Positions 45,322 through 58,255 of a DNA stretch of 64,000 nt are shown here, piece by piece. The notes below the pieces were generated by a model that worked only from the letters and a program-made list of their open reading frames with translations, was not told the DNA's origin and did no database searches. The stretch's first letter is position 1, and each line of letters opens with the position of its first letter. The DNA comes from Macrostomum lignano (taxonomy: Eukaryota), in the NCBI GenBank assembly GCA_002269645.1, contig NIVC01000342.1, positions 186,001 through 250,000 of the forward strand, written 5' to 3'. Made by a program: the position numbers and the translations under genes.

Positions 45322-46653
45322 AAAATCAGCGGCACCGGCAATGAGTGGACGCTGCACACCATCGGCGACTCGGAGCGACGCGGCTACGCCGGCTGGATCA
45401 ACAAGATGCTGGAGAAGGACCCGGACCTCTCCCACCTGCTGCCCGTGGATGGCAACACTGACGAGCTGTACGAGAAACTGGGCGACGGCCTGGTGCTGTG
45501 CAAGCTGATCAACAGCGCCGTGCCGGGCACCATCCACGAGAAGGCCATGAACAAGCTGGCCCAGCTGAAGGGCGGCTCTGCCGGATTCCGGATGCACGAG
45601 AATCTGGTGCTTGCAGTGAACTCGGCCGAGTCAATCGGCTGCTGCATTGTCAATATTGGCGCCAACGACATCAAAGAGTGCCGGCCGCACATTATCCTGG
45701 GCCTAATCTGGCAGATCATTCGCATCGGCCTAATGAAGGACATCACCCTGTCGCAGCACAAGGAGCTGGCGGCCCTGCTGCTGCCAGGCGAGACTCTCGA
45801 GGATCTGAAACAGCTGAGTCCCGAGGAGCTGCTGCTGCGCTGGGTAAACTACCAGCTAGCCAAGGCCGGCACGGACAAGCGGGTGCACAACTTCAAGGAT
45901 GACATCATGGACTCGGAGGCGTACGCGCATCTGTTGTCGCAGATCGCCCCGGTTGACAAGCGCTCCGAGATGCGCAGCCCGCAGGAGGTCCTGGCCAGCG
46001 CGGACCGGCTGAAACGGGCCGACGGTGTCCTGTCCAACGCCGACAAGCTGGACGCCGCGGTCTTTGTGGTGTCGGAGGACATCGCCTTCGCCAACGAGCC
46101 CGGACGAAATCGGGAGAAGCTGAACATGGCCTTTGTGGCCAACCTGTTCAATAACTACCCAGCCATGGAGGCCGTCCAGGACGTGGAAGTGGAAGTAATC
46201 GAGGAGACGCTCGAAGAGAAGACTTTCCGCAACTGGATGAACAGTCTGGGCGTGTCGCCGTTTGTGAAGGACCTGTACTCTGACCTGCGCAACGGCCTCA
46301 TCCTGCTGACGCTGATGGACCACATCAAGCCTGGCGTGGTGCCCTGGTCAAAGGTGTGCAAAACCTTCGTGCCTAATAAGAAGCTGTTCCAGTGGCAGGC
46401 CAACTGCAACTACGTTATCGAGTGCGGCCGCAAGATCGGCCTGCCCATGACCAACATCGGCGCCGAGGACATTCGCGACGGCGACAGGAAGCTCACCCTC
46501 GGCCTGGTGTTCCAGATGATGCGCGCCTACACCCTGTCACTGCTCATGCAGCTCACCGGCGGCACCAGGAAGATTGACGATGACGAGATTATCCAGTGGG
46601 CCAATCAGAAACTGGAGGCCGCCGGCAAGGCCGCCCGGGTGAAGAGCTTCAAG
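45322..46653 (+). CDS. PLS: Plastin/fimbrin exon 2 (CH1-CH3 and start of CH4)
   Basis: cacag acceptor; WINKMLEKDPDL, GDGLVLCKLIN, PHIILGLIWQII, LSPEELLLRWVNYQL, EEKTFRNWMNSLG and KLTLGLVFQMMRAY; AAG|gtgaga donor. Confidence 0.97.
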
Positions 46654-46689
46654 GTGAGACTGGCTGTGCCTGCCCGTGTCTGCTTGTCT

Positions 46690-46749
46690 GTCGTGTCTGT
46701 CTGTCTGTCTTAGTGTCTTAGTGTGTGTCTGTCTGTCTGTCTGTCTTAG

Positions 46750-46842
<93 letters not shown>

Positions 46843-46865
46843 TAATGTCTGTCTGTCTGTCTGCC
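46690..46865. repeat. (CTGT)n microsatellite
   Basis: Visible tetranucleotide run. Confidence 0.97.
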
Positions 46866-47624
46866 TTCGTATGGCTGTGCTTGTCTGTATTCGCCTTTAT
46901 CTGTCTGCTGCCCGCTTTTTTCTGTCTGTCTGTATCTAAACCCCTAGGTCTGCAGTAGTGATAGCTTGCAAGGAAATGATATACGAACTATTTTTGTGCT
47001 TCCTTATTGATGCTTGAAAGTTTCGCCTAGCAGACGCAAGTTCGGCATCCTTGAGTTTGCTGCTTCTGTGCGAGTACAGCAGCCACCCCTCTCCTCTACT
47101 ACCGCCCCTCCCTCCAGCGGCGGCCCCTTGGAAACTTCTGCAGTCAGAATAGTTTTTTTTGTTAGTCTGCTTGTTGAGTGAAGGCTCCGTCTTGACCTGT
47201 GCCGCACTATTTTTAGCCATTGTTTACGGGGAATGTGAGTCTGAGAGGGGGGGGGGGTGACAGTTAAAAAATGCAACAGCTAAAAACTCGCCAAGTTTCC
47301 ATATTTAGAAAATTGTTTGCTCTCTTCAAAAACATTTCACCCCTGCGCAATTTGATTGCCATGTTTGGAGATGCTAATTTTATTCTATCGCTTCTTTGAA
47401 CAGCAGTTTTCTGCTTCTTAGCGGCATTGGTAATTAAAACCTACCATTTTAGGCTTAGAAAATTCTGTGGCAAAATCGAAACTTGAAAATTTCGTCATTT
47501 CCATTTGCTGTCCCAATGATGTCTATTTTGTAGATTTTGCCTTATCACCCTACTATTAGTAGGCTAATGTTAATTTACTGGGACTATTTTTGGGCGTTTT
47601 ATAAAAATTTAGAAGTGTTCATTA

Positions 47625-47900
47625 TGAGCAACAGGATTAGAAGTGCTCATTATCAGCAACAGGATTAGGGGTGTTCATTATTAGCAACAGGATTAGGGGT
47701 GTTCATTATGAGTAACAGGATTAGGGGTGTTCATTATCAGCAACAGGATTAGGGGTGTTCATTATTAGCAACAGGATTAGAGGGTGTTCATTATCAGCAA
47801 CAGGATTAGGAGTGTTCATTATGAGTAACAGGATTAGGGGTGTTCATTATCAGCAACAGGATTAGGAGAATTCATTATCAGCAACAGGATTAGGAGAATT
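47625..47900. repeat. 28-bp minisatellite (GTGTTCATTATCAGCAACAGGATTAGGG)n, intronic
   Basis: Tandem periodicity. Confidence 0.92.
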
Positions 47901-48020
47901 CAGTATTATTTAAGATTCATCCAGGACCATAGCTGATTGGGATCGAGTGCCCCTCAGATCCCCAGATTCTGAGACTACTAAACAAAGCACTGAACGCTGG
48001 ACAACTCCCACCCCTGCCAG

Positions 48021-48278
48021 GACCCGTCCCTGGCTGACGGCATGGTGATCCTTGAGCTGGCTGACGCCATCAAGCCAAAGACAGTGGACACCTCAATCGC
48101 AGCCGGCATGAAAGATCAGCTGGACAGGGCCCGGTTCATTCTCAGCAAGAGTCGCATGATTGGCGGCCGGATCTACGCTCTGCCAGAGCATGTGGTGCAG
48201 GTGAACAAGAACATGATCATGACCGTGTTCGCCTGTCTCATGATCCTCGACTTCCAGATCAACAAGCCCAGCGCTTGA
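48021..48278 (+). CDS. PLS: Plastin/fimbrin last exon (CH4); total protein ~637 aa
   Basis: ccctgccag acceptor; DPSLADG...SKSRMIGGRIYALPEHVVQVNKNMIMTVFACLM, then stop. Confidence 0.96.
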   Translation, partial: DPSLADGMVILELADAIKPKTVDTSIAAGMKDQLDRARFILSKSRMIGGRIYALPEHVVQVNKNMIMTVFACLMILDFQINKPSA

Positions 48279-48557
48279 TTGCTTAGCTTACCGCCTGCTA
48301 CCTATGCACAACACTAACTCTGCTTTAACCAGATTGTGTTTGCCTCTGTAAAAAACTAATACAAATGTGAAACGATATTTGCGTATCTATTTTTTTTGTT
48401 TGTACGGTGACATTATATTAATTAATGATTCAATTATCGAATTGTGATAAATCTCTATTGCCCTTGAGATTCGATAAAATTATAATTGTACTGATGCCAA
48501 TAATGCGAATTTTTTTATTTGAATAGTTCAAGCCCCAAATTGGAGCCATAGACTATT

Positions 48558-48624
48558 CTAATTAGCTGACGAGGAACTTTGGTAACTCATTCATAACTTA
48601 AATGAGTTACTCCCGCCGTTTACC
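48558..48624 (-). other. 28S rRNA H69-H71-derived fragment with rearranged centre
   Basis: The minus strand reads GGTAAACGGCGGGAGTAACT and CCAAAgttCCTCGTCAgCTAATTAG, matching conserved eukaryotic LSU GGTAAACGGCGGGAGTAACT...CCAAATGCCTCGTCATCTAATTAG. Confidence 0.75.
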
Positions 48625-49329
48625 TCCAGTATATATAATTATAGACAATTGGCTCCAATTGGGAATTCGGCTAAATAATTTTATTCCATTTGTTTTTTGT
48701 AGCCATTGTGTTCCTTTGTTTAATTGTACTCGACATTGCCAAATGTTAATTGCTAATTATTGAAACCATTAATATTTATTAGCGTACAATAGAAAATTAA
48801 TTCGCCCTGAATCAGAGGTACAGTAACAGTAGTTTATACCTATTAATTCATATTTACTCGGCAACGCGACGGCTTCTGTCTAAATTCAGTTAATTAATTC
48901 GTTTTGATCCGATTGTGCGCTCGCCTCAATTAATCACCTTCGTAACCTGTCACAGACATCTCGGCACATCGTGTTCTCTTATCCTGTGCCCATTTTTATT
49001 ACTCTAGTTCCGCGATGTCATTCCCTGCTTGGCAACTGTTGCTCGCTTCCGAATTTCTTCCTGGCTTCCAGTTCGATTAATGAATTAGCAACCGTGTGCT
49101 CTTAGTTGTAGTTCAAACACATTTGGCCTTTGCATACAACTTTATTATTCTACTATATTCTATGCTTTTTACAAAACAATACAAGGCACTATCTATAACC
49201 AGTTTTGCTGTTAATTATAAGTATCTTCTAGAAGACAACAGGGATTTGCTGGGTTCCTAGGATCATCACGCCAATGACACTTAGAGGCTGAAAGCGTATT
49301 GACTTCTAGGAATATTAATGGGACCATGA

Positions 49330-49930
49330 AGGCGATTCCTGAGGGGGGCAGTGAATGGCGATTCCGGAGGGGGGCAGTGAAGGGCGATTCCGGAGGGGGG
49401 CAGTGAATGGCGATTCCGGAGGGGGGCAGTGAAGGGCGATTCCGGAGGGGGGCAGTGAAGGGCGATTCCTGAGGGGGGGCAGTGAAGGGCGATTCCTGAG
49501 GGGGGCAGAGAAGGGCGATTCCTGTGGGGGCAGTGAAGGGCGATTCCTGAGGGGGGGCAGTGAAGGGCGATTCCTGTGAGGGCAGTGAAGGGCGATTCCT
49601 GAGGGGGGCAGTGAAGGGCGATTCCTGAGGGGGGCAGTGAAGGGCGATTCCTGTGGGGGCAGTGAAGGGCGATTCCTGTGGGGGGCAGTGAAGGGCGATT
49701 CCTGAGGGGGGCAGTGAAGGGCGATTCCTGTGGGGGCAGTGAAGGGCGATTCCTGAGGGGGCAGTGAAGGGCGATTCCAGAGGGGCAGTGAAGGGCGATT
49801 TCTGAGGGGGACAGTGAAGGGCGATTCCTGAGGGGGGCAGTGAAGGGCGATTTCTGAGGGGGCAGTGAAGGGCGGTTCCTGAGGGGGCAGTGAAGGGCGA
49901 TTCCTGAAGGGGGCAGTGAAGGGCGATTTT
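49330..49930. repeat. 26-28-bp G-rich minisatellite (GGCAGTGAAGGGCGATTCCTGAGGGG)n
   Basis: Tandem periodicity. Confidence 0.95.
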
Positions 49931-51050
49931 TTGGGGAGAGGGGTTTGGTGAGGGGCGATTCCCAGAGACACTGAAGGGTGATTCCTGTGAACAGTTAATG
50001 TCGATTTTGGGGACAATAGATGAAGATGAAACTCTTTAAAAACACTGTAGGGGGGTTAAGGATAGCTTTGATGCAACGACTTTGATCAAGCCATTTTGGT
50101 AGACCATTGTTTAAGCTCGATTCTTCAGTGAAGCGAAGTTCCAAGCGATAGCAAGAACAACAAACTTCGAATTCGTCGAAATCGTCGGTTGTTTAGCAAT
50201 GAAAAGAATTGCGCGCTAATCTCCGATTGAATAGGCGTTTGAAGTTATTGTTTATTTATTTCATTATATATTGAATCGAATTTGTCGAGTAAAAATCAAA
50301 CAGTTAGCCGGAATATGTGTGCATGCGCAGGCCTGCATTGGGAGGTTATAATGTGCCAAAATACACTATATTCAATTATTTGAAAACCCCTTGCAGTCAG
50401 GTAGCGATTGTTGTAAGGGCAGTTGAGGAGGCTGCATCAAGATTGAATATAATTGTAAACCCCAACAGATTGCTATGCCTATAAGGGGGGCATTCGCAAC
50501 AGCCTACTTGTAAGTAGTGCGGCAAACATTAAAAAAGCAGCGAAAAAACATTAATATATACGAAGCAAGCGGGATAATTTGAACAAAGACAAAAATAACA
50601 CAAGCCGGCATTGCACTTCAGGGCAATCACTTCCTTACTTTGAATTTGATTCCTCAATAAAATTTTTAACCAAGCCAGCACAAGTACACCACACAACGAT
50701 GCATTGCCGATGGAGAATAGGCCTAGAGAGAAGCGCACATACAGCTAATAATAGTAATGATTATAATAGAACATTTAACTTTCACAATTCATCATTAAAT
50801 CTAAATTCTCAACCTGTCTGTGTGTCACCCCAGCTGCTAATTATTACTTTTTAGGGACGCTTGGCAGTAAACATTATGGCTTCTTTCTAAGAAAATCTAC
50901 CATACCATAGCGCCCTTCTACAACAGTTGTCCGCGATTTGTACCATAGACAAACTCATCCAACTGACGAACTTTATCTTCTAAGTCCTCCAGGCCCAAGA
51001 GTCAATCAGTTAATCAACGTTAAGCTCCGTTAATTTTTACCCTCAAAAAA

Positions 51051-51341
51051 TTATCGAGCTCGCGACTTCAGCGTGTTGCTAAGCCAGTCGAGGCCCTCGT
51101 AGAGACCCTCGCCGTTAGTGGCGCAGGTGGACTGGATGTACCAGGTGCGATTGCGCAGCGAGTGCAGGCCCAACTTATCCGTGAGCTCGGCAGCTGTCAT
51201 GGCATTGGGGAGGTCCTGCTTGTTGGCGAACAGCAGCAGTACAGCGTCGCGCAGCTCGTCCTCGTTCAGCATCCGCATCAGCTCTTCGCGGGCCTCGCCG
51301 ACTCGCTCGCGATCGTTGCTGTCTACCACGAAGATCAGGCC
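51051..51341 (-). CDS. ARF1: ADP-ribosylation factor (class I), exon 2
   Basis: [13 protein letters not shown]...[11 protein letters not shown]...[24 protein letters not shown] acceptor, phase 0. Confidence 0.97.
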   Translation of the reverse strand, partial: GLIFVVDSNDRERVGEAREELMRMLNEDELRDAVLLLFANKQDLPNAMTAAELTDKLGLHSLRNRTWYIQSTCATNGEGLYEGLDWLSNTLKSRAR

Positions 51342-51427
51342 CTTGACGACAGCGGCGGGGACAAGTCACTCTTAGATTTTAATCAGCTATTCCTCCTGAG
51401 CTCAAATGTTTTACTAAATTGTGTAAG

Positions 51428-52380
51428 CACACAGATCCGAAATGCATGACCCCACACCCGGACCTCATGACCACAGATCCGAAATGCATGACCCCACACC
51501 CGGACCTCATGACCACAGATCCCAAATGCATGACCCCACACCCGGACCTCATGACCACAGATCCCAAATGCATGACCCCACACCCGGACCTCATGACCAC
51601 AGATCCCAAATGCATGACCCCACACCCGGACCTCATGACCACAGATCCGAAATGCATGACCCCACACCCGGACCTCATGACCACAGATCCGAAATGCATG
51701 ACCCCACACTCGGACCTCATGACCACAGATCCGAAATGCATGACCCCCACACTCGGACCTCATGACCACAGATCCGAAATGCATGACCCCCACACCCGGA
51801 TCTCATGACCACAGATCCCAAATGCATGACCCCCCACACCCGGATCTCATGACCACAGATCCCAAATGCATGACCCCCACACCCGGATCTCATGACCACA
51901 GATCCCAAATGCATGACCCCCACACCCGGATCTCATGACCACAGATCATAAATGCATGACCCCACACTCGGACCTCATGACCACAGATCCCAGATGCATG
52001 ATCCCCACACCCGGATCTCATGACCACAGATCCCAAATGCATGACCCCCACACCCGGATCTCATGACCACAGATCATAAATGCATGACCCCTTATCACAG
52101 ATCGCATGACCACAAATCATAAATGCATGACCCCTCATCACAGATCGCATGACCACAAATCATAAATGCATGACCCCTCATCACAGATCGCATGACCACA
52201 AATCATAAATGCATGACCCTCATCACAGATCGCATGACCACAAATCATAAATGCATGACCCCCACACCCGTATCTCATGACCACAAATCATAAATGCATG
52301 ACCCCCACACCCGTATCTCATGACCACAGATCATAAATGCATGACCCCACATCACAGATCGCATGACCACAGATCCATAT
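51428..52380. repeat. 42-bp minisatellite (CATGACCACAGATCCGAAATGCATGACCCCACACCCGGACCT)n filling the ARF intron
   Basis: Tandem periodicity. Confidence 0.96.
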
Positions 52381-52569
52381 GAAACTGCATTTAATAACTC
52401 ACACAACCAAGTTACCAAACATACTGACACGCTCGTACATGGATTTCAATTTAAAGAACAGAGATGCAAAATTATTTATTTACTGTTCGATCTTGAACCT
52501 CACAAAATAAAAACCATACAATAGTATCAATACTACTACAAGTACTTTATTCTCTATTTCGGAATGTCA

Positions 52570-52881
<312 letters not shown>

Positions 52882-53100
52882 TTAGGGGAATTCAATAGTT
52901 TAACACAAAATATAAAACTCTATGAGCATCTTAAACTTCAACAATTGGAGAGTTTTCCAACTCTCCATAGTCAAGAGTTCCTTCTCACAATATTCTATCA
53001 TCATTGTAATACAAGCACTTTAGTCTAGAAGTCTTTGACCTTTGCTCATTAATATTTCATTTAGTTAATTAGAATAATAAGGTAAAGCCAAGTCTGACAA

Positions 53101-53249
53101 AAATGTTGTTACTAGCTCTAGGATCAATCAATCAGTAAATATGAAAAGATCCTCTTAATATAGTAACCAAGACTGGTATGCCCAATTTGTGCACACCTTG
53201 CAATTATTTCAAACAATAAATTTGCAAAGCCGGCTTGCTAATTGGGCTA
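53101..53249 (-). ncRNA. H/ACA box snoRNA, paralogue 1
   Basis: Hairpin, H box AUACCA (53179-53174), hairpin, then ACA (53106-53104) plus 3 nt. Stems covary with paralogues 2 and 3. Confidence 0.82.
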
Positions 53250-53477
53250 TTCATTAGTTTATTAGCCATAAATACTGAGCTAGAGCAGAGATTAGAGAAC
53301 ATAGTTGAAAAAAGCCATTGAAAAATGAATTCTATTTGTTTCTCTAAAGAACTAACGAATGTTGTGAGGGTCCAGAATAATCTTTTTTATAATTAGATTA
53401 TAAAAATTTATCTTCTTTATTGTTTTAAATGCCTTTTCAATTTGAGAAGAATAATAAGATGTACTAAAAAAATGTTT

Positions 53478-53619
53478 AAATGTTGTTACCAGCTCTAGGA
53501 TCAATCAATTACTAAAAAATGAAAGATCCTCTTAATATGGCAACTAGGTTGGTATGCCCAGTTTGTGCACACCTTGCAAACAATAGAATATTTGCAAAGC
53601 CGGCTTACTCCCTGGGCTA
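53478..53619 (-). ncRNA. H/ACA box snoRNA, paralogue 2
   Basis: Same architecture. The G.U pair in stem GUUGCCA/UGGUAAC forms only on the minus strand. Confidence 0.82.
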
Positions 53620-53777
53620 ATTAGTTTGTTTATTAGTCCTAAAAATTAATACTGATAAGATACATATATATAAAATGATATATATTGATACATTTATACT
53701 GAGTTCATATAATATGCTGTTGTAATTTTTATACATAGTCAAAGTAATTGTATGGATTCTATTTTTTATATTAATAG

Positions 53778-53926
53778 TAGTGTTGTTGCCAGCTCTTGGA
53801 TTAATTTTTGAAACAATTATAAAAAAATCCTCTTAATATGGCAACTAGGGTTGGTATGCCCAATTTGTGCACACTTTGCAAATATAAAAACAATAGATTT
53901 GCAAAGCCGGCTTACTTGTTGGGCTA
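53778..53926 (-). ncRNA. H/ACA box snoRNA, paralogue 3
   Basis: Same architecture, with compensatory GGAUU/AAUCC versus GGAUC/GAUCC. Confidence 0.82.
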
Positions 53927-55290
53927 TTTGATAAGTATGAACATTTATAATTTCAATGGCTTTCATTATTGAAAGAAAACTGATAGAAAACTGAAATTAT
54001 CCATTTCTAAAAATCCAATTAATTAAAAAATCTTTATATGTTTAAGAAAATTATTTCTGCTGACTATCTCATTTTATTTATATTCTAACAATGAGAATTA
54101 TACTTAGAATAAAAAATTATTTTTGTTTAAATATACTTTAAATGTCTATAACAACCTTTCAAATTAAAGTTGCACCCTATTGGAATTAATGTTGAAAACT
54201 TGCGGATGTGCACTTTAGAAAGAGTCAAATTATTTTATTGCACTTTTGGATTATTAGAAATCATTTTTTGTCAAAATCAAAATTTGCTAACTTTCCAAAA
54301 TCATAATTGAATTTTTTGAAATCAAAATTCAGAAAAACAAAGTTTAGTATGACCAAAACTCACTTTTTTACTCTTGATTTACTGCTTATCCAAAACTAAA
54401 TACATAAATAGCACAAATTAGTTTTTATTTTAGCTACTCTTTTACACATTTCCAAAATTTTGATTTCTGAATTTTTTCAAAATCAAAATTCACTCTTAAA
54501 AATTCCAAATTTTTGGAAAATCAAAATCAAAATTTTGAAATAACTCTAAGCATTATATGAGAAATTACAAGTGTATAAGTCCCTTCCACAAAGGTATTAG
54601 ACCCTCTTTGATGTATATTTAATTGCTAGAGCAGCAGCCAGCAGGAAAGGGCAGCATGCTTGCACTGCGCTTAAGAAAAATTTCAAAAGTACGCCAGATG
54701 CCATCTGCAATTTTACAACTTTTTTCCTATAGGGTAGTTGCATAATCAATATAAATACTCATGCAAAACTCTTGTACTTCTAATTAATTTTTTTAATATC
54801 ATTTTAATATCTAGTTTAGATAGTAGTCTAGCTTATATTGTACTAAGTACAAGTAGAATTGTACTTGTACTTGTAGAACTTATAGATTATACTTGTACTA
54901 GAAAGAAAATCCATCTTTGGTTATGGTATGCCATTAAAATGTAAATTTTTTATGTTTTGAAATGGTCATTAACTTATTTAACCCAAAGCGATTATTCAAA
55001 AAAGTTTTTAAAGATACCAAATTACATAATACAAGTACATTAGTATTTAATATAAATAATAAAACTTAATTGAGAATCTGCTAAATTATGCATAGTCCTT
55101 ACATATATATATATATATATATTAACATGTACATGGACTTGATTAACCATCTGTTAGTGCAAAAAATCTGGGAAAGATAGTAAAGATCACTGGGAAAGGT
55201 CCAACTAAAATGCTTATACAAAGACCAAATTGGCAGCCAAAATGACTTTTGCACAAATATTAGTAGACAATGTAGCAGATAGCAGATGAA

Positions 55291-55648
55291 GGGGGCTGTA
55301 ACCTTGCGGTAGCGAAGCTGCTTTGGTATGCCAGCAAGCCAGGCTCGATTCCAAATGCAGTCACATTCATTTGGGGCTGAATTGGAATCTTGGCTTGGCT
55401 ATGCTTGTGCAATTAATGGCCTTGAGAGCCAACCCCCCAAGGCGCAGTGAAGTGAAGTGTATATGCCTAACAATAATATAAAGTTAGAGCCGCTGTACAC
55501 TCCTGTGTGTGCCTGCGTATGTATCCGCATGCTTGTATGCCTGCTCAGGGGAGTTGGCAGAATGGGCAGTAATGCCTTTTGCCAGTGTGTGCCAATGTTG
55601 CTTAAAGTGTGCCAGGGTGCATACAACCCGCCTGCCTCTAAAAAAAAA
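55291..55648 (+). mobile_element. tRNA-headed SINE, same family as 109-480
   Basis: Co-linear similarity to 109-480, including GGCTCGATTCC and a poly-A tail; A box degraded. Confidence 0.75.
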
Positions 55649-57744
55649 GTTTCAGATAAAATGACTATGAACTTATTATATATTATATATGTTTTATAAA
55701 TAATTTATAATTTGAAGTTTGTTTAAATTATAATGATTAGGAATAAAGCCTGACATTTATTATATGCACTTAATCTATTATATAAGTAGTTATAATGTTT
55801 TACAGTTTTGGCACTTTGCTATATAAAACAAAAGATAATATAAATTTGAATTTAGCATACGAGGGGTGTCCCAAAAGTTCCCGGAATGTCTAACGTAGCT
55901 CTTCAACAGAGCCATGAAATTTCACGCCCATGGTGTCAAATGAAAGGAAATTTTGTCACAAAGAATACAAAGTTAAAATCATGTTGATATCTTTTTTTAT
56001 TCAAGAGCTACAGCAAGAAACGTGCGCAAAGGTCAGGGGTAGTGTTACACAACCTCAACAATCTATGGCAATAATTTTTTCATCTTAAAAATAAAAGTGC
56101 TATATGAATCAATATAATATAATTATTAGCTTGTTATTGTTTGCAACATTAATATCAATCATAGAGTTGAGAGAATGAATTTCTGCTTTTCAAATCCTGA
56201 AGAATTTGGCTAGTTACCAATGGGCAACCAAAAATAGCAATTGGCTACTAGATTTTGAGCCTCAATTATAGTCCAGATCATGCTAGGTGCATGCCTAAAC
56301 AAAAATTGAATAATTATAAATGCACACCAAAAAATTGAGTGCAGGCCCATTCTCAAAACTACATTGGTGTTGCAACAATAAAGGACCTTTTTTACATTGT
56401 GACAATAAATAGGGGCCTAACCTTTTTTTAATTGTGTAATGGAACTTTTTTGGTAAATAAAATAATAAGGTTAATTTTTATGCAATTTTTTAGCAATACT
56501 ATTTACACCAAAAATTTATACATGCAAAGATTTGTTTAAATGCTTTATTACAAGCTTAAAAACATAGAAAGCTTAAAATTTATGCTTAAAATGAACTTTT
56601 TTCGATTTTACAATAACTTTGTATGATTCTATAAAGTGTACACTAGGTGTACATGCATACTATTTTCTTAGGAGTAATATAGGCCAACTATGCATGTTTA
56701 CTTTTGGTGTATAGGGTCAATGCATGCCTGAATTTTTGGGTATATACTATATGATCTAGAGTGTAGAGCCCTAAGGGCTAGTTGGCAACTAGATTTTTAA
56801 CCTTAAAAGACCTAGACTTAGAATCATATTTGTAATTATTTAATTTTTATTCTGGCGTATACCTAGCATGATATAGTCTATGGATTCTATAGTACATTTT
56901 GGCAATTTTAAATAAGTAAAGATTTTTTTATAAAAATATTAATATTTTTTATTTTTAAACCAAATAATTAGGCCTTAATAAGGTAAGCACTTTTAATGTT
57001 TATAATAACATAGTATATCTATTTTGTTATGAACAAAACTGAATTAAAAGTTTTCAAAATCTCATTGAAGTCCCTACTTTTAGATTTTGCTATATAGGCC
57101 CTATCTTAACTTGTTATATGCATGTTATATGCATGCCTATGGCGAAATCCAAAAGGTGGGATAAAATGGTAAAACAAATTTACAGACATTCAATGGAAAG
57201 TAATGTATCTAAAAAATGTTTTTGAAAGATAGATAGGTCTTTAGAAAATAGTTCTAGATAAAAACTATTGTTTTCATGCTTTATATTGTTGAATAAATAA
57301 GGAAAAAAACACAAAAAAGCATTTTAAAAGTCCGAGTTGACCAATTTGCAATTTTTTATTTTACTTTTTCATTATTAAACAATTAATTTTAAGACTTGTA
57401 GGCCTTAGAGAAGGCTAATTTTTTTACTACTTACAAAACAGAAAGTAATCTCTGTTTTACTTTTTATTCAATTCAAAAAGATGAAGTATTTCTAAGGATT
57501 TCAAAGTTTTTCTAAAACCATATAAACTCGCGAAAATTCATACTAATATAAAGTGCAAAGTTTGCCAGCAAACATCTTTCTCTTAAAGTAAATATATCGC
57601 TAATTCCTTGTTGCAAAATAATATTTAAGTTGTTTTCTTTCATTTAAATATCAACTTGCATAGTATTAGTATTTGTAATATGCCTATATTTAGACTTCAA
57701 AATTTTGGGCAAAAAATGGTACCACAAAATGTGAATCCAGCATC

Positions 57745-58255
57745 CAAATCAGATGCTTACTGTATGCTCATTAAGTGACGAAGAACAATGAAATTACACT
57801 AAAACATGTATCATCGGGGCGTGTATGCAGGAAAAAAAGAATTTTCCAAATTGCTTTAGTAGAAGCTGAGTAAAATGCAATTTTCCAATCCTTATGGGAA
57901 TTCCAATGTGTTACCCGGCTTCCAAATCAGATGCTTACTATATGCTCATTAAGCGACGAAGAACAATGAAATTACACTAAAACATGTATCATTGCGGCAT
58001 GTATGCAGGAAATAAAGAATTTTCCAAATTGCTTTAGTAGAAGCTGAGTAAAATGCAATTTTCCAATCCTTATGGGAATTCCAATGTGTTACCCGGCTTC
58101 CAAATCAGATGCTTACTGTATGCTCATTAAGCGACGAAGAACAATGAAATTATACTAAAACATGTATCATTGCGGCGTGTATGCAGGAAAAAAAGAATTT
58201 TCCAAATCACTTTAGTAGAAGCTGAGTAAAATGCAATTTTCCGATTCTTACAGGA
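57745..58255. repeat. ~178-bp tandem repeat, about 3 copies
   Basis: CCAAATCAGATGCTTACT recurs at about 57745, 57922 and 58100. Confidence 0.92.

Noticed and set aside
55859-55890. Mariner-like terminus TACGAGGGGTGTCCCAAAAGT
   Set aside because: No matching inverted end or transposase found in the window.
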